Positions 1 to 12,744 of a DNA stretch of 64,000 nt are shown piece after piece. The DNA lies in the NCBI GenBank assembly GCA_002633005.1, contig NMRA01000086.1, positions 591,390 to 655,389 of the forward strand, read 5' to 3'. The position numbers and the translations under genes are program-made. Below the pieces are notes generated by a model that had not been told where the DNA came from, did not search any database, and worked only from the letters and a program-made list of their open reading frames with translations. The DNA is from Phoronis australis. Its lineage: Eukaryota; Animalia; Phoronida. The number at the start of each line of letters is the position of its first letter. Position 1 is the stretch's first letter.

Positions 1-3000
1 TGACGGCACTAAAAATGGAAGCTAATGAGTCTGTGACAGACTATCTAATCAGGGCAGAACGTGCCGCAACTTACCTACGAACAGCGGAAGAGGTTATAAG
101 TGATAGCCTGTTGATCGCAATGGCCATGAAGGGATTACCAGACAAATTCGGACCCTTCATCGTTTATGTGTCTCAGAACACAGATAAAATAACGTTTGGA
201 GACTTCAAAGTGAAGTTAAAGTCTTTCGAAGAAAATGAAAATGCGAGACAAACAGAACACTCCGTAATGAGGTCGGCGACCTACCGACGGAAGAAACCAG
301 TGGAATGTTGGACGTGCGGTCGAAAAGGACATAAAGCACAAGATTGCAGAACTCAAACAAGATGGTGCAGACTGTGAAAAAACAGCTCCCACAACTTCGA
401 GGATTGCCGAAGAAGGAAAAGCACAAGTAAAGCCCACAAAGCAGCTGAGGAACGAGACCAGCAGGGAAGTAGATTTAATGATTTCAGTTTTAAGGTTAGC
501 GATGATAAGTTTAAACATGATCAGATGTTAGTAAACAAACTGTTAGTTGATACTGGGGCAACATCCCATGTTGTTACAGACAGGTCCAAGTTTAAATGTT
601 TTGATGAGAAATTTGATCCGTCTAGTCACTGCATAGAATTGGCAGATGGGACTAGGACAACTGGTATAGCACAGGCACGTGGTGATGTTGACATTAGGCT
701 AATAGACAGTAAGGGCAATGTCATCTGTTCCACATTGACAAATGTTTTGTACATACCAAGCTATCCACAGGAAATATTCTCTGTCCAGGCTGCTGTTGCT
801 AATGGAGCTTCAGTGATTTTTGAATCAGAAAATGCAAAATTAATTGCTCGTGATGGGACAGAATTCGAAATTGAAAAACGTGGAAAGTTGTATTATTTGG
901 ATTATTTGGATGTATTGGCTTCTGACACAGCAAATAAAGTCAGAGAGCATGACCTGTGTACATGGCACAAAATTTTTGGCCATTGTAACAATGATGACGT
1001 ATTGAGATTAGAAACCGTTGTTAGAGGTATGAAAATTACTGACAAGGCTAAGGTGGATTGTGACGTTTGTACTCTGGGGAAAATGACTAATACTAGGAAT
1101 AGGAATCCAGATGCCCGCAGTACGAAAGCATTAGAATTCGTTCATTGTGATTTGGCAGGACCGATTGATCCCATTTCAAAAGATGGATTTAGATATGCAA
1201 TATCCTTCGTTGATGATTTTATTGGGGTGAATATGGTATATTTTATGAAACAGAAGTCAGACACAGTCAAGGTCACAAAACGTTTTATAGCAGACTGTGC
1301 ACCCTATGGAGAAGTGAAGCGTATGCGTACCGACAATGGTACAGAATTTACATCGAGCAAATTTCAGGAGCTCATGTTGAGACACAGTATTAAACACGAA
1401 AAGTCGGCCCCCTATTCCCCACACCAAAATGGGATAGTTGAACGAGGGTGGCGCACTTTATTTGAAATGGCCAGATGCTTGTTGATAAATGCCAATTTGC
1501 CAAAAAGATATTGGACTTATGCGGTTATGTCTGCTGCATATATTAGAAACAGATGTTTCAACTCAAATATTAAGAAAACCCCAGTGGAAGGGTTCACTGG
1601 ACGACAACCGGATGTAAGCAACATGCATATTTTCGGAAGCGTGTGTTATGCATATGATAATGACCCCAAGAGGAAGAAACTTGATGCAAAAAGCATAAGG
1701 GGTATTTTTGTTGGATATGACAGGGGGAGTCCCGCATATCTTGTTTATGATCCTGAGAGTGACAGAATTCTCAGAAGTCGGTTAGTAAAATTCCCTGATA
1801 ATTTTGATTTGTCAGATGCCACACCAAATGAGTGTGATGAAGAATTGGTGAGATTGCCAAGAATGAATCCTGAAACTAAGGAAGAGAAAAATGGCGAAAT
1901 TAAGACTGAATCCAGTCAAATAAAGAATGAGTCAAATGAGAATAATTACGCAACTGAGGGTGGTCAAAGAAGATATCCTCTCAGAGAAAGAAGACCCCCA
2001 AGTTATTTGAATGATTATGTGGCCGGAAATATTGATTAATGCTACAAAATTATGGGAATTCCTCAAACGTATGAGGAGGCAATGAATTCGAATGAATCAG
2101 AATTTTGGGAAAAGGCCATGAATGACGAAATGGACTCATTAAGGGAGAATGATACATTTACATTGACCAGACTGCCTGAGGGACACAATGATATTGTTGG
2201 CGGCAGGTGGGTGTTTGCCATTAAGGAAGATAGCAAGGGCCATAACTCACAAGGCGAGATTTGTGGCAAAAGGCTATAGCCAAATTCCTGGAAGAGATTA
2301 CTATGATACATATGCTCCAACTGTGAAATTGAGTACTATTAGGACAGTAATTCAATTAGCTGCTGAGAACGACTTACATGTACATCAAATGGATGTGAAA
2401 ACGGCCTATTTAAATGCACCGATTGATTGCGAAATTTATATGACACAACCACAAGGTTTTGAGGAATTATCAGAAACTGGTGAAAAACTTGTTTGGAAAC
2501 TTAACAAGTCACTGTATGGCTTGAAGCAAAGTGGCCGGAATTGGAATTACGTTCTCAGAAATTATTTTTTTGACATGGGGTATAAACAGAGCGAAGTTGA
2601 CCCGTGTATGTTTACTAGTTGTGACCCAAAGGGATCCATGACATTGCTGTTGATTTGGGTCGATGATACAATAATCGTGGCAAGTGATGAGGTTTTACTC
2701 AGAAATACCAAGCAGATGTTATGTAATAAGTTTAAGATGAAAGATCTTGGTAAAATTGCCTATTTTCTTGGAATAGAGTTTGAGCACAAACAAGGCGAAA
2801 TTGATATGAGTCAGAGGAAGTATTTGAGAAAACTGTTAGATAAATTTGGGATGACAGATTGTAAACCCAGATTGACTCCTTGTGAACAAGATGTTACTCA
2901 AGCGTGCAATGACGTAGCAGTAGTAGACAAAACAATGTATCGTGAAATAGTGGGAAGTTTGATTTATGCAATGACGTGTACAAGACCAGACTTATGTTTT

Positions 3001-3343
3001 GTTGTGACAAAATTATCTCAGAAACTGTCAGAGCCAATTGAGGCTGACATGATTAAATTGAAACAGGTGTTACGCTATTTGAAAGGAACTATGGATTATT
3101 CACTCAGATTTAGAAAGTCTGAAAATGGTTTGAGAATTATTGGTTTTAGTGATGCAGATTGGGGATCATCTGATGACAGACACAGTATTACTGGATATTG
3201 TTTTGGCTTATGTGAAAACAGTGCAGCGATTTCATGGAAATCAAAGAAGCAATCTACAATTGCTTTATCTACTTGTGAAGCCGAATATATAGCAATGTCG
3301 AATGCTATTCAGGAATTGTTATTTCTGAAGCAATTGTTAAAGT
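1..3343 (+). mobile_element. Ty1/copia LTR retrotransposon, internal gag-pol region, inactivated and truncated at an assembly join
   Basis: Gag zinc knuckle CWTCGRKGHKAQDC; protease LVDTGATSH; GAG-pre-integrase WHKIFGH..CDVC; integrase HCDLAGP/RTDNGTEF/NGIVER; RT KARFVAKG/QMDVKTAYL/LYGLKQSGRNW/WVDD; RNase H FSDADWG..STCEAEY. Copia order PR-IN-RT-RH. In-frame stops at 375-377 and 2037-2039, frameshift near 2240, cut by n at 3344; no LTR visible. Confidence 0.96.
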
Positions 3344-4576
3344 NACCGCGTTCTCGCACTGTGTCGCGCATTCAACGTTCCTAACCGAACAGAATGCCTT
3401 TCACTGCTAGCACATCAACAAGTACAACTGACTTTTTCAAACCGGCGACACTCGGAATTTCATGTGTTGGCCTCTGTCATGAACGAGCATTGGTTTGACT
3501 CCAACAGTCAACCTAGAGTGAACGAACAATTCAGATGTGAGCATAAATGAGTTGGAATGTGTATTTTTCCCACTTTGTTTAATGGAACAAATTAACATAA
3601 AAGACCTGTGCACACAAGAAGATTTTTGTCGGGAGGCCTCGCGACTGCTTAACGGGTACACATTACCATCACGGAGTCATTGAACGAGCACACGCACTAC
3701 AATGTTTGTCACGAACCAGCTCCCACGATACGCGCTGGCCTTTGGCAGCAGTACTGCCAAGCAACGATGGGTTGTCGCAGCTATTGCAGCTGAGCAAGTC
3801 GCAACAGGGCCAAGGCAGACTTTGTTATGACACGTTGCCACCCTCGACACGTGTTGTTGCCCGGAAGACAACATATGTCAAAGACGCCGATGTATGCCGT
3901 CAACATGGACAAATGCTGCCGCTTTTGATACGTGTTATTGCCGGGGCGAAAATATATGTATGTATGCCAAAAGCGAAAACATATCCTGTCAACATCGACA
4001 CATATTGTCACCCGAGCTACAGTATAGAGCGAGTGCGACAATATGTACAATGAACACTTACCCACAGTGTTACCCATTAGAGTGCAGAAAGCGTAGCTTG
4101 TTTTTTTAGCATATGTGTCAATTCTGTATTGGAGGGAGGCCCAGGAAATTGTAAAAGCATAAAGCGGGTTTGGACATGGGGTAATAAAAAGACGTGTTTC
4201 ATACCCTCCAGTTTTCGGTAATCAGCCATCCCCATTATGGACTCAATCTCATTCAGCCTCCTTCAAAATCCAACTAATCTACTGGGAGAGTCCTTTGGAT
4301 ATGCTTACACTTTCTAGGTCTACACGCAGCATGGCGTAGGCCTACGTCTACACAACCATGCTACTTCGCTTAAGATGCACAATGTGTCAATGATAACTGC
4401 ACTCAGCATATATTTTCGAACTTGTCCCAACCTTCAGAAAATCGGATTGATGACTATTGCGACAACTAATTTGTTGCATTTACCAGTGGACAACCACGGC
4501 CCATCAACGTTTGACTATGTTTTGTAACCCCAAGCCTACAACACAGAACTCAATTTCTAGTAACACTTGTACTCAC

Positions 4577-4708
4577 TGATTTCCAGTTCACAGAATTCTC
4601 CAGTAAACCTTTCGTCACAGACACAGCTGTATCCATCCTCTTGACCAATGCAAGTAGCATTGTTATGACAATTGTTGTCACTGCAATCGTGTAAAAAACA
4701 ATTTCTTC
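4577..4708 (-). CDS. Mosaic gene exon: EGF completion plus EGF domain; last exon found in the window
   Basis: GRNCFLHDCSDNNCHNNATCIGQEDGYSCVCDERFTGEFCELEI; 132 nt; GTGAGT donor so the gene continues leftward. Confidence 0.87.
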
Positions 4709-7700
4709 CTGAAAAATAACACAACACTACCATTATTAGGCAACGGTCTTAGGGCACCTTGAATCTTGACAGATGCACCGGAAGCGCGCCACAGACGCCA
4801 TCTTGTTTCGACAAACAGGGTGAATAGGATGGCAGGTCGACATCAAAAAGCTGTAAATAATATCATCTGATGTTAGTTATGAGAATAATCTGAATTTTGT
4901 TCCTACTTCCATTATTTCTTTGAAGGTGGACTATTGAGTTTTGTCTTTTAAACAGATTGCATACAGGATTGAGTTCATTTTCCTGTCATTGTTAGGAACA
5001 GGATTGCAGTTACTGTGATAAAATGAAAGCCTTTAGTCAGTTTAAGTGTCGAGATATTAGAAAGAAAAAATAAGATTTGTATTAATGCACTTGTAACTTT
5101 TGAAGAGCTCTTCTATTCTAATTCTTCTTTCTTCACTCTTCGTCGGTCACGATGGAAACAGTTAGGACAGCAAACAACATTGGTAAAGATAGTGTCACTG
5201 AATGATGGACTATAAATACAACAGAACACAATTTCACTACGGCGAGATGGCCGCTCAAGGTAAATATAGATTTATCACTCACGTAGTATTCACTGTATTT
5301 CCTCGCATTTTTACTAACACGTATTGAAAACTAATTGTTACAACATTACCAACTCTTCACTGCAGGAACTGCTGCCATACCTTCATATCCATGGGGACAG
5401 TTGCAGAAATAACTAGAGCCATTATTAACACAGCTTCCATTATTGTGGCACGGGTTGGCATCGCATGCAAGAGGAGCTGAAAAAAAGCCAAGAGTGAGCA
5501 AGTTTAAGCTGATTTACTTTTGGAGTTTTTACGCCTTGTGTCTCTGTATATTCCAGAGCCTACAGCTGTATAATCATATCTGCTGGAAAAAGACACGCAT
5601 GAGGGATGAGATTGTTCAAGGTTGTCCATTTAATCCGAGAACATTAAAAGCCCCAGTGACACAAACAACATCGCAGAATTTCCAAAACCAAAGAAAGCAG
5701 GATCTAGGCAGTCCAATTTAAGGGGTGGCAAATAAAACTTAAAGAGGTCGATTCACAGCTATTTAGTTGTAGTTAATATGTATACACATGTGCTGACTGT
5801 TAATAAAGGTTGCTTATAAACCACATTTCTTTTTATTTCATGCCCCATATTCTTCAATTATTCGTGTAAAACACGCTCCCACTTCCCCACAAAATTTCGA
5901 GAACAGAAAATTTTTAACTTCGGCTATCTTCGGAATCACGTCACGTCAGGAAGCGGACCCGATCACTGCCGAGTCTGTCCATAGGTTTGTACTGGGACTA
6001 TCTGGCACAAATGGAAGCTTTCTGTTTGTTAGAATGGGTTTATTATGCAACTTTTGCCAATTAATTCTCTGAAATGTGACACATATGCACATGGTCTTGT
6101 GCGTTGCCATAAACATTTCACAGTAGTTAGCAATGTGTCCTCAATAAAGTGTTCGAGTACAGCCGCACGTCTTTCGCACTGTCTGTCTACGCNNNNNNNN
6201 NNNNNNNNNNNNNNNNNNNNNNNNNNNNNNNNNNNNNNNNNNNNNNNNNNNNNNNNNNNNNNNNNNNNNNNNNNNNNNNNNNNNNNNNNNNNNNNNNNNN
6301 NNNNNNNNNNNNNNNNNNNNNNNNNNNNNNNNNNNNNNNNNNNNNNNNNNNNNNNNNNNNNNNNNNNNNNNNNNNNNNNNNNNNNNNNNNNNNNNNNNNN
6401 NNNNNNNNNNNNNNNNNNNNNNNNNNNNNNNNNNNNNNNNNNNNNNNNNNNNNNNNNNNNNNNNNNNNNNNNNNNNNNNNNNNNNNNNNNNNNNNNNNNN
6501 NNNNNNNNNNNNNNNNNNNNNNNNNNNNNNNNNNNNNNNNNNNNNNNNNNNNNNNNNNNNTGTCGCCGAATTCGGTGATATGGAGTAAACATTTTTCTGC
6601 AGACTGTTTTCGAGGTCGACAGCCTGCAATCGCAGTATGGTTGGAAACCAAGGTAAGTGAAATTTTAGATAATATTTAAAACTGTAGCTGTCGCTTTGCG
6701 GAAACTAGTAGGCCTTGGGCCACACTAGTAAGCGAACAACATTACTAATGGCGTATAACATCGAACGACACTGTCGGAAGCCGCTTTTCTTTTGGATTAC
6801 GATTTTTTTCACATAATTGTGTGTAGTTGCTTGAATGCTACTTACCTGTCGTATTTTTGCAATTAAATAAACATTATGGGGATTAAATTAATTCGAGTGC
6901 GGGTAATTTTTAATGGTTTCGACCCCCTCTCTGTTCAGTAATTACTTAAAATAGAGATAAAATCAAAAATAAGCTTTTGTTATAAAATACAAATTGCAAC
7001 CCATAACCTACAAAAAAATTATCCCACCTTGCTTTCAACCTACGCAAATCAAGAAACCTAGGACAAAACGGCAAATAGTCTTGCATATCGCAGTTTATCC
7101 GTCTACCAGTCCCGATGTTTGAAATTGCTTTTTATTTAACTTGAAGTACCGGGTATTATAAATAAATCGAAAATAAACATATTCGCATTCAAACTCGCGG
7201 CATTGTTTTTGTTTTCCATTTACCTAACATGATAAAACGTCTGAAGTTGTGCGGTCATTGTCTTCGGGATCCGCCGCTGTCTCTTCATCCAAAGCGACCG
7301 GGACACTTGCAGGCACTGGTTCGAACCTGCAGGGCCCGTTTATGTTGTCAAGAACACGCTCACGATGGTCGTTGTGCATATTGTCTGTGTCCGACGCTTC
7401 ATCGTCACAAAAGATTTTCTAAAATTTCCTCGTCGTTGGAAGGCTCGTCGCTAAAGCTTTCGTAATCCATGTTGGTTTCTGCCTTGTGTGACTGCGGTTT
7501 ACCAGCCGAGTTCATTCCTACGACACAGTTGTCTTCCGGACTCGACATCACAGACGCTTATGTAACCGCCTAGTCTGTTTTCAAAATTGACTCGGCTGAA
7601 GTCGGAGAAGGTCATTACTGTTGGGCTTATCTAATTAATCACGCTGTGCGGACAGTAACTAGCCCAAGTAACGGGCTCCTGCAATGTTATTCTTTGAGTT

Positions 7701-10700
7701 GAAAAGCAGTTGTTTTGGTGTGAAACTATGTCTTTAAATCAGTCTTATGCATTTGACTGGCAATGTGTGAGTGTTTTGGTCATTTTGGTAACTAAATTTT
7801 CTAAACTTTAAACTGTATTTCGTGCAAGTCGATTCTGCCAAACCTGTTAAGATGCAAGTAACTCCAGGACGCCAATTCATAACTTACGTGGGCAGGCGTT
7901 GGTGTTGCAATCCCTTTCCTGCAGTCGGTTCTCTTGACAATCCCGCCCACCATATGATGGCGGAGGATTATCACACGTCCTATTTCTGACCTGATCACCA
8001 CTTCCACACGAGGGAGAGCATGGTGACCAAGCAGACCACGGGCCAATGCCACCATCCACTAGCAAATGAAGAAACGCCTTTAATTACTGTTAGTTGAAAT
8101 ATTTGATTTTACACCGAGTTTGTTTAAACTGTTTTACTTACATGTATGCAAGTAATGAAAACACGTCCTTGTTGTCGCTTGGCTTTTGTGCAACCAAGAT
8201 TCACATTTTCTTAATGGGAACCTTTAATGATTCTTATGCACGAAAATAAAGAGTATCAAATAAATTTTCAACATAATACGAGTGCGTGCGACTGGTATAT
8301 ATAAATGTGGCTATCAACCTGCGTTCCGTCCAAGAAGCAAACGTTTGACTTAGAACGCATTCTGTTATAAAGTTGGTGTCGACTTTTTATTGCTCGTATA
8401 GGTTGTGATTTCTAGGCTTTGGAAAGAAGTGGCAGTTTGTAATTCCGTGAGACCATGCTTGGCACCTAAAATGACACGCCAGTACAAGTCACCCTGTTGA
8501 GCCTAGTCTCAGTCAGCTTTTTAGAAGCCCTGAAATCAACTTCGGTAAGTGGTCTATATTAAAAGTAGTTATTTGTTGGATTGAAGACACTTATATTAAT
8601 TAGATGAGAAATAAGATTACATTTAAACTCACGGTACGGTGTGCACCGGAGTTGTGATAAGCAATGCACATTCTTTTGCTAAATGTTTTTGTTTTCAGAA
8701 GCGGCATAATTGCTATTATTTCACAGTCAGCGGACAAAAAGTACAGTACCTGGACATGGTCCTGTGTTGCACTGCTTCGTTTCAATTCTCAAACCTTCAC
8801 ATCCCATACCGCCAAAGGCGGGCGCTGGATTGTCACAGTGTCGTGTCTTGTCTTGTGTTCCTCCACCGCATTGGTAGGAGCACTGTGACCATGGTGACCA
8901 ACTACTCCAAGCACCATTCACTGAAAGTACAGAAACGATCGACTGAGTGTACCCTGTGTGTGTAACTAAGCTGGCCACATTTTCAACAAGTCAGTCCCAA
9001 AGCGGTTTGTCCCGGCAGCACGTACGGCATCGAGACCTTCAGTCAGACTTCACACACTATATTTTGTTCCCCTGGCCGAATCTCTTAACCTCCGACCAAA
9101 GATTTTGTACTAACAAGATTTGTTTCATTTCTATAGATTAAACAGTATGGTGGTCGTTTGTCACAACGAAAGTATAATCAAGCATGGAAATAAATACATA
9201 CCAGGGCATCCTTGACGATTGCAAATTTCGGTGTCAATATCTGAACCCTCGCACGATAAGCCACCAAATAGCGGAGACGGGTTCGTACAAGTCCTGCTCC
9301 TTCGTCGTTGTCCGGAGCCACACGAAGCGGAACATTGTGTAAATTCTCCCCAGCTGCTCCAACCGCCGTCAACTTTGGATACAACAAGAGAGAAATAAAC
9401 GCGTAAAATGCTAAAATATACCAAAATGCTATATTTGGTCGCAATAATCAAGTGAAGCCATGCCACGCGGCACTTCGAACAAAAACACAATTTTAGTGGA
9501 TTAAATACGGGTTTGGTCCACATAAGGCATTCTCAACGCCACGTGTGAGCATTTTCAACGCCACGTGTGAGCATTTTCAACGCCACGTGTGAGCATTTTC
9601 AACACCACGTGTGATACAAAGTGCGTGTAATATTACATGTAAGTCACTCATTATCCAGACATACCTATTTGGTGCTGGCACCTATCACCGACAAAGTCGT
9701 CCGCACAAGTACAATTATAGCCATAAACGAAGGGGATGCAAGACCCGTTGTTCTGGCACTTGTGGTAAGAACAATCAAACATAGTGCAGTTTTCTCCTAA
9801 AAAGAGGAAGAGGGAGAAATACGTTTATGCAGAACCATAGTATACAAAAAATTTCAATAAAATTACAGCTGGAGTGGCGCTTGGTGGCCCAGAAAGGTAC
9901 GGAAGTGTTAAATCAGAGGCCATCAAAATGATTTAAACTTAATACAGGTTGAATTGCATATGATCATACCTCAGTGGAAGAATGGATCAAAACAGTGGGT
10001 TGCCAGCATGGGCATTTCAGCAGAAGGTGTTGCCATTACAAGTGTGCATGGAAACTGGCAATGGAGAGTCATGTGAATTCCTTCCACCATGCCCTGGTTA
10101 GGCGTTTCGGAACTTCAGCAACGTCTGGAGTATTCTGTCCAAGCAGCAGTTTAACCAACACATCGCTGGTGGAGGAGTTTAAAGTACGCCAAGTGTTGGC
10201 ACTGATGTACAGTGAACACGAGCAGTCAGTGTTACGGTCGAAGGTAAGAAAAGTAGTGGTTACTGTAACACGCATAGTGGCAGTGAACAAACAAGGGTAA
10301 GGACCACTACCGCAGGCACAGTGGAGAACGCCAAATTTAAATGAGAGACGTACATGAGGCATGGTACGTGTGGCATGGTACGTGCAGTAACGTTTGTCGG
10401 TTTTGATAAAAGTAGAATCGACATGAGCTAAAGCAACTCAAACCTTATTTCTAATAACTGAACTGACAGAGGGCACAATCACATCCGTAAAACACTACAA
10501 ACAGACAGGTAGCCTATTCGTAAATAACTATCTACACAAGCAAAATGTAAGAAAAATAAATCAATTAGCTTGACTGGGTGGCTAGGAAGAAGCGTTTGAT
10601 TTGGCAGGTGAGTTAGAGAATGCAGGATATCGTACCAAGGTTCTCACAAAGGTCATTGTATGATGTCTGCCAAGTCCAACCAATATGGGTGTGGGAATTG

Positions 10701-12712
10701 TTGAAAGATCCAGCACTTATCGCGTTGTGAAAGACATCGACAAACTGAAAAGCATACTTTCACTATGCTTTACAGCGTTATCAGACGAGTCGTATACGTT
10801 GACCAAGCACTGAGAGTGGTAGCTGAGAATCAAGGAACGGAAAGTGCTGAAGGGATCCTAGTACCCATTTTATGCGGACAGGTTGTTCGGGAATAGACAA
10901 GAACACTTCCGAGACTTTAAATTAGGCGTCGATTTATACCGAAGGATAACCTCAAGAAAAACATATCAAACAGATAGAGTTGACAGTACCACGGGAAGAG
11001 CCGATAGAAGAGCATCAACAGGATGTGGGAAGAAAGTAAGCAAAGAAGCTGTGTCTTCGATGAAGGAGGCTGATCAGTGGGCTATTGTCGGGCGTTCAAT
11101 ATCATGGGGGTGACAGAAGGAAAAGGACACAGGGTTACAAGTGAGCTAACAGAGAAGGTGGAAGAACACGAATGAGCAGTGTTATAGAAACAGTAGAAGC
11201 AGGCATGCTGGTGCTGATGGTAGTGCAACAGTAACGTGCGTGGGATGAAAATGACATGCAGTCTTGGAGCGATGATCGAAAGCAGTCGGCGGCCTTCCAG
11301 AGGTCTCGACATTGTTCCGCGTATGAACCTCGAACTTCAGTTTCGGCCAATACTTGGAATAACGTCTCATGGGATATTACTTCATCTACGCCACTCTCGG
11401 TACGTTTGTGTATGTACTAATAATGAGTAACACAGGCGGAGTAAATGAATAAGTGGAAATATCACATACGGGATTATGGATAAGTACATTTTATCCAGCA
11501 ACACCATAAATTCAAACTTTACTATACGGCTCGTTGAAACTTTAAAAACAAATTCTGAAGGAGAGTTGATTCACCAAGTGGATTCTACTGAAAGAAGGTA
11601 TCCCGCTGAGTCTGTAATAAAAATTAAAAGATAATAAAAAACAAATGAAGGATCCACAGAGAAAGTGTCGTCGTCAGAAAAGACCCAATTTTGCCACTTC
11701 GGAAAATATAACACATTCGTTAAATCTACGTTGCATAAAGTGAAATCGCTACCAGTGATGGCCATATGAACTCAAAATCACACATCCTTGTCATGTACTT
11801 GTGTCTCAGGTTTCATCCAAATGTGTCAAAAACAAAAATGGCTAGTAAATGGTGCTACGCAAGTCAACTAGTTCCTAGAATCGCCTGGTGATCGCCTCTC
11901 CTTTCAACGGACAGGTAAAAGTGCTGATGGACCTCGGGCAGACCAACCTTGAACTTAATAGCTCACAGGATGTCTGTGTGGAATGTTTTCCAGACTGATT
12001 TCAACTCAAATATAAAACTGTACCATAAATACTCCCAGGTTTTACTTGCCTGCATATCTCTCTTTACACTCACAACGATATGAGTTTCTACCATCAACGC
12101 ACAAACCATCGTTTTGGCAAGGCGCAGAAGCGCAGTCATCGATTTCTAAAAATACAATGTTCAATTTAAAAATACTCGTCCTTTTGGTTTCAGTAGCAGA
12201 ATCAGTACCAAGAATGGAAAGATTATACTAAAATAGTAACGTTTCTGCATTTTCAGCTTCTTTAAAATCCGCCATTTTATTAATAAGCGCCAAATTTTAA
12301 AATTTAACTTCAAAAATTTCTAACTATATTTTGTTTATTTCGAATAAATCTTCCTTAGGTTGAAAGAGCAGCTTTTGAAACGAGTTCTGACTAAATTTGA
12401 TAGCGTTAACGTTTGCTTTATGAAGTTTCTAAAAATAGCCAAAGGAGGGTGAAAAAACATCCAATCCATCTGAAAATGGGTACATGCCATCGCTTTTTTT
12501 AACAGAGAGCTATTAAGCAAATTTCATAAAAATCTGTCAAGGAACTTCAGAGAAACAAAGGAAAACAAAAAAAAATGAAATTGCCACTTTGGGACACAGC
12601 CTTCATTGGACCCGCCTGAAAGACGTCGTCATCTGTTGTTGACTTCATACAAATACAATTACTAAATTTAATAAAGATCCTACAGAGAGTTTAGGAGATG
12701 CAGCTATGGGCA

Positions 12713-12744
<32 letters not shown>

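Noticed and set aside
375-377. TGA at a Cys position as selenocysteine
   Set aside because: The element has other inactivating lesions and no SECIS was recognised; point mutation is the simpler explanation
3344-4110. ORFs following the copia RNase H (3706-4053 etc.) as an env-like gene or LTR
   Set aside because: Separated from the copia by an n join, no recognisable motifs, no polypurine tract or TG..CA boundaries found
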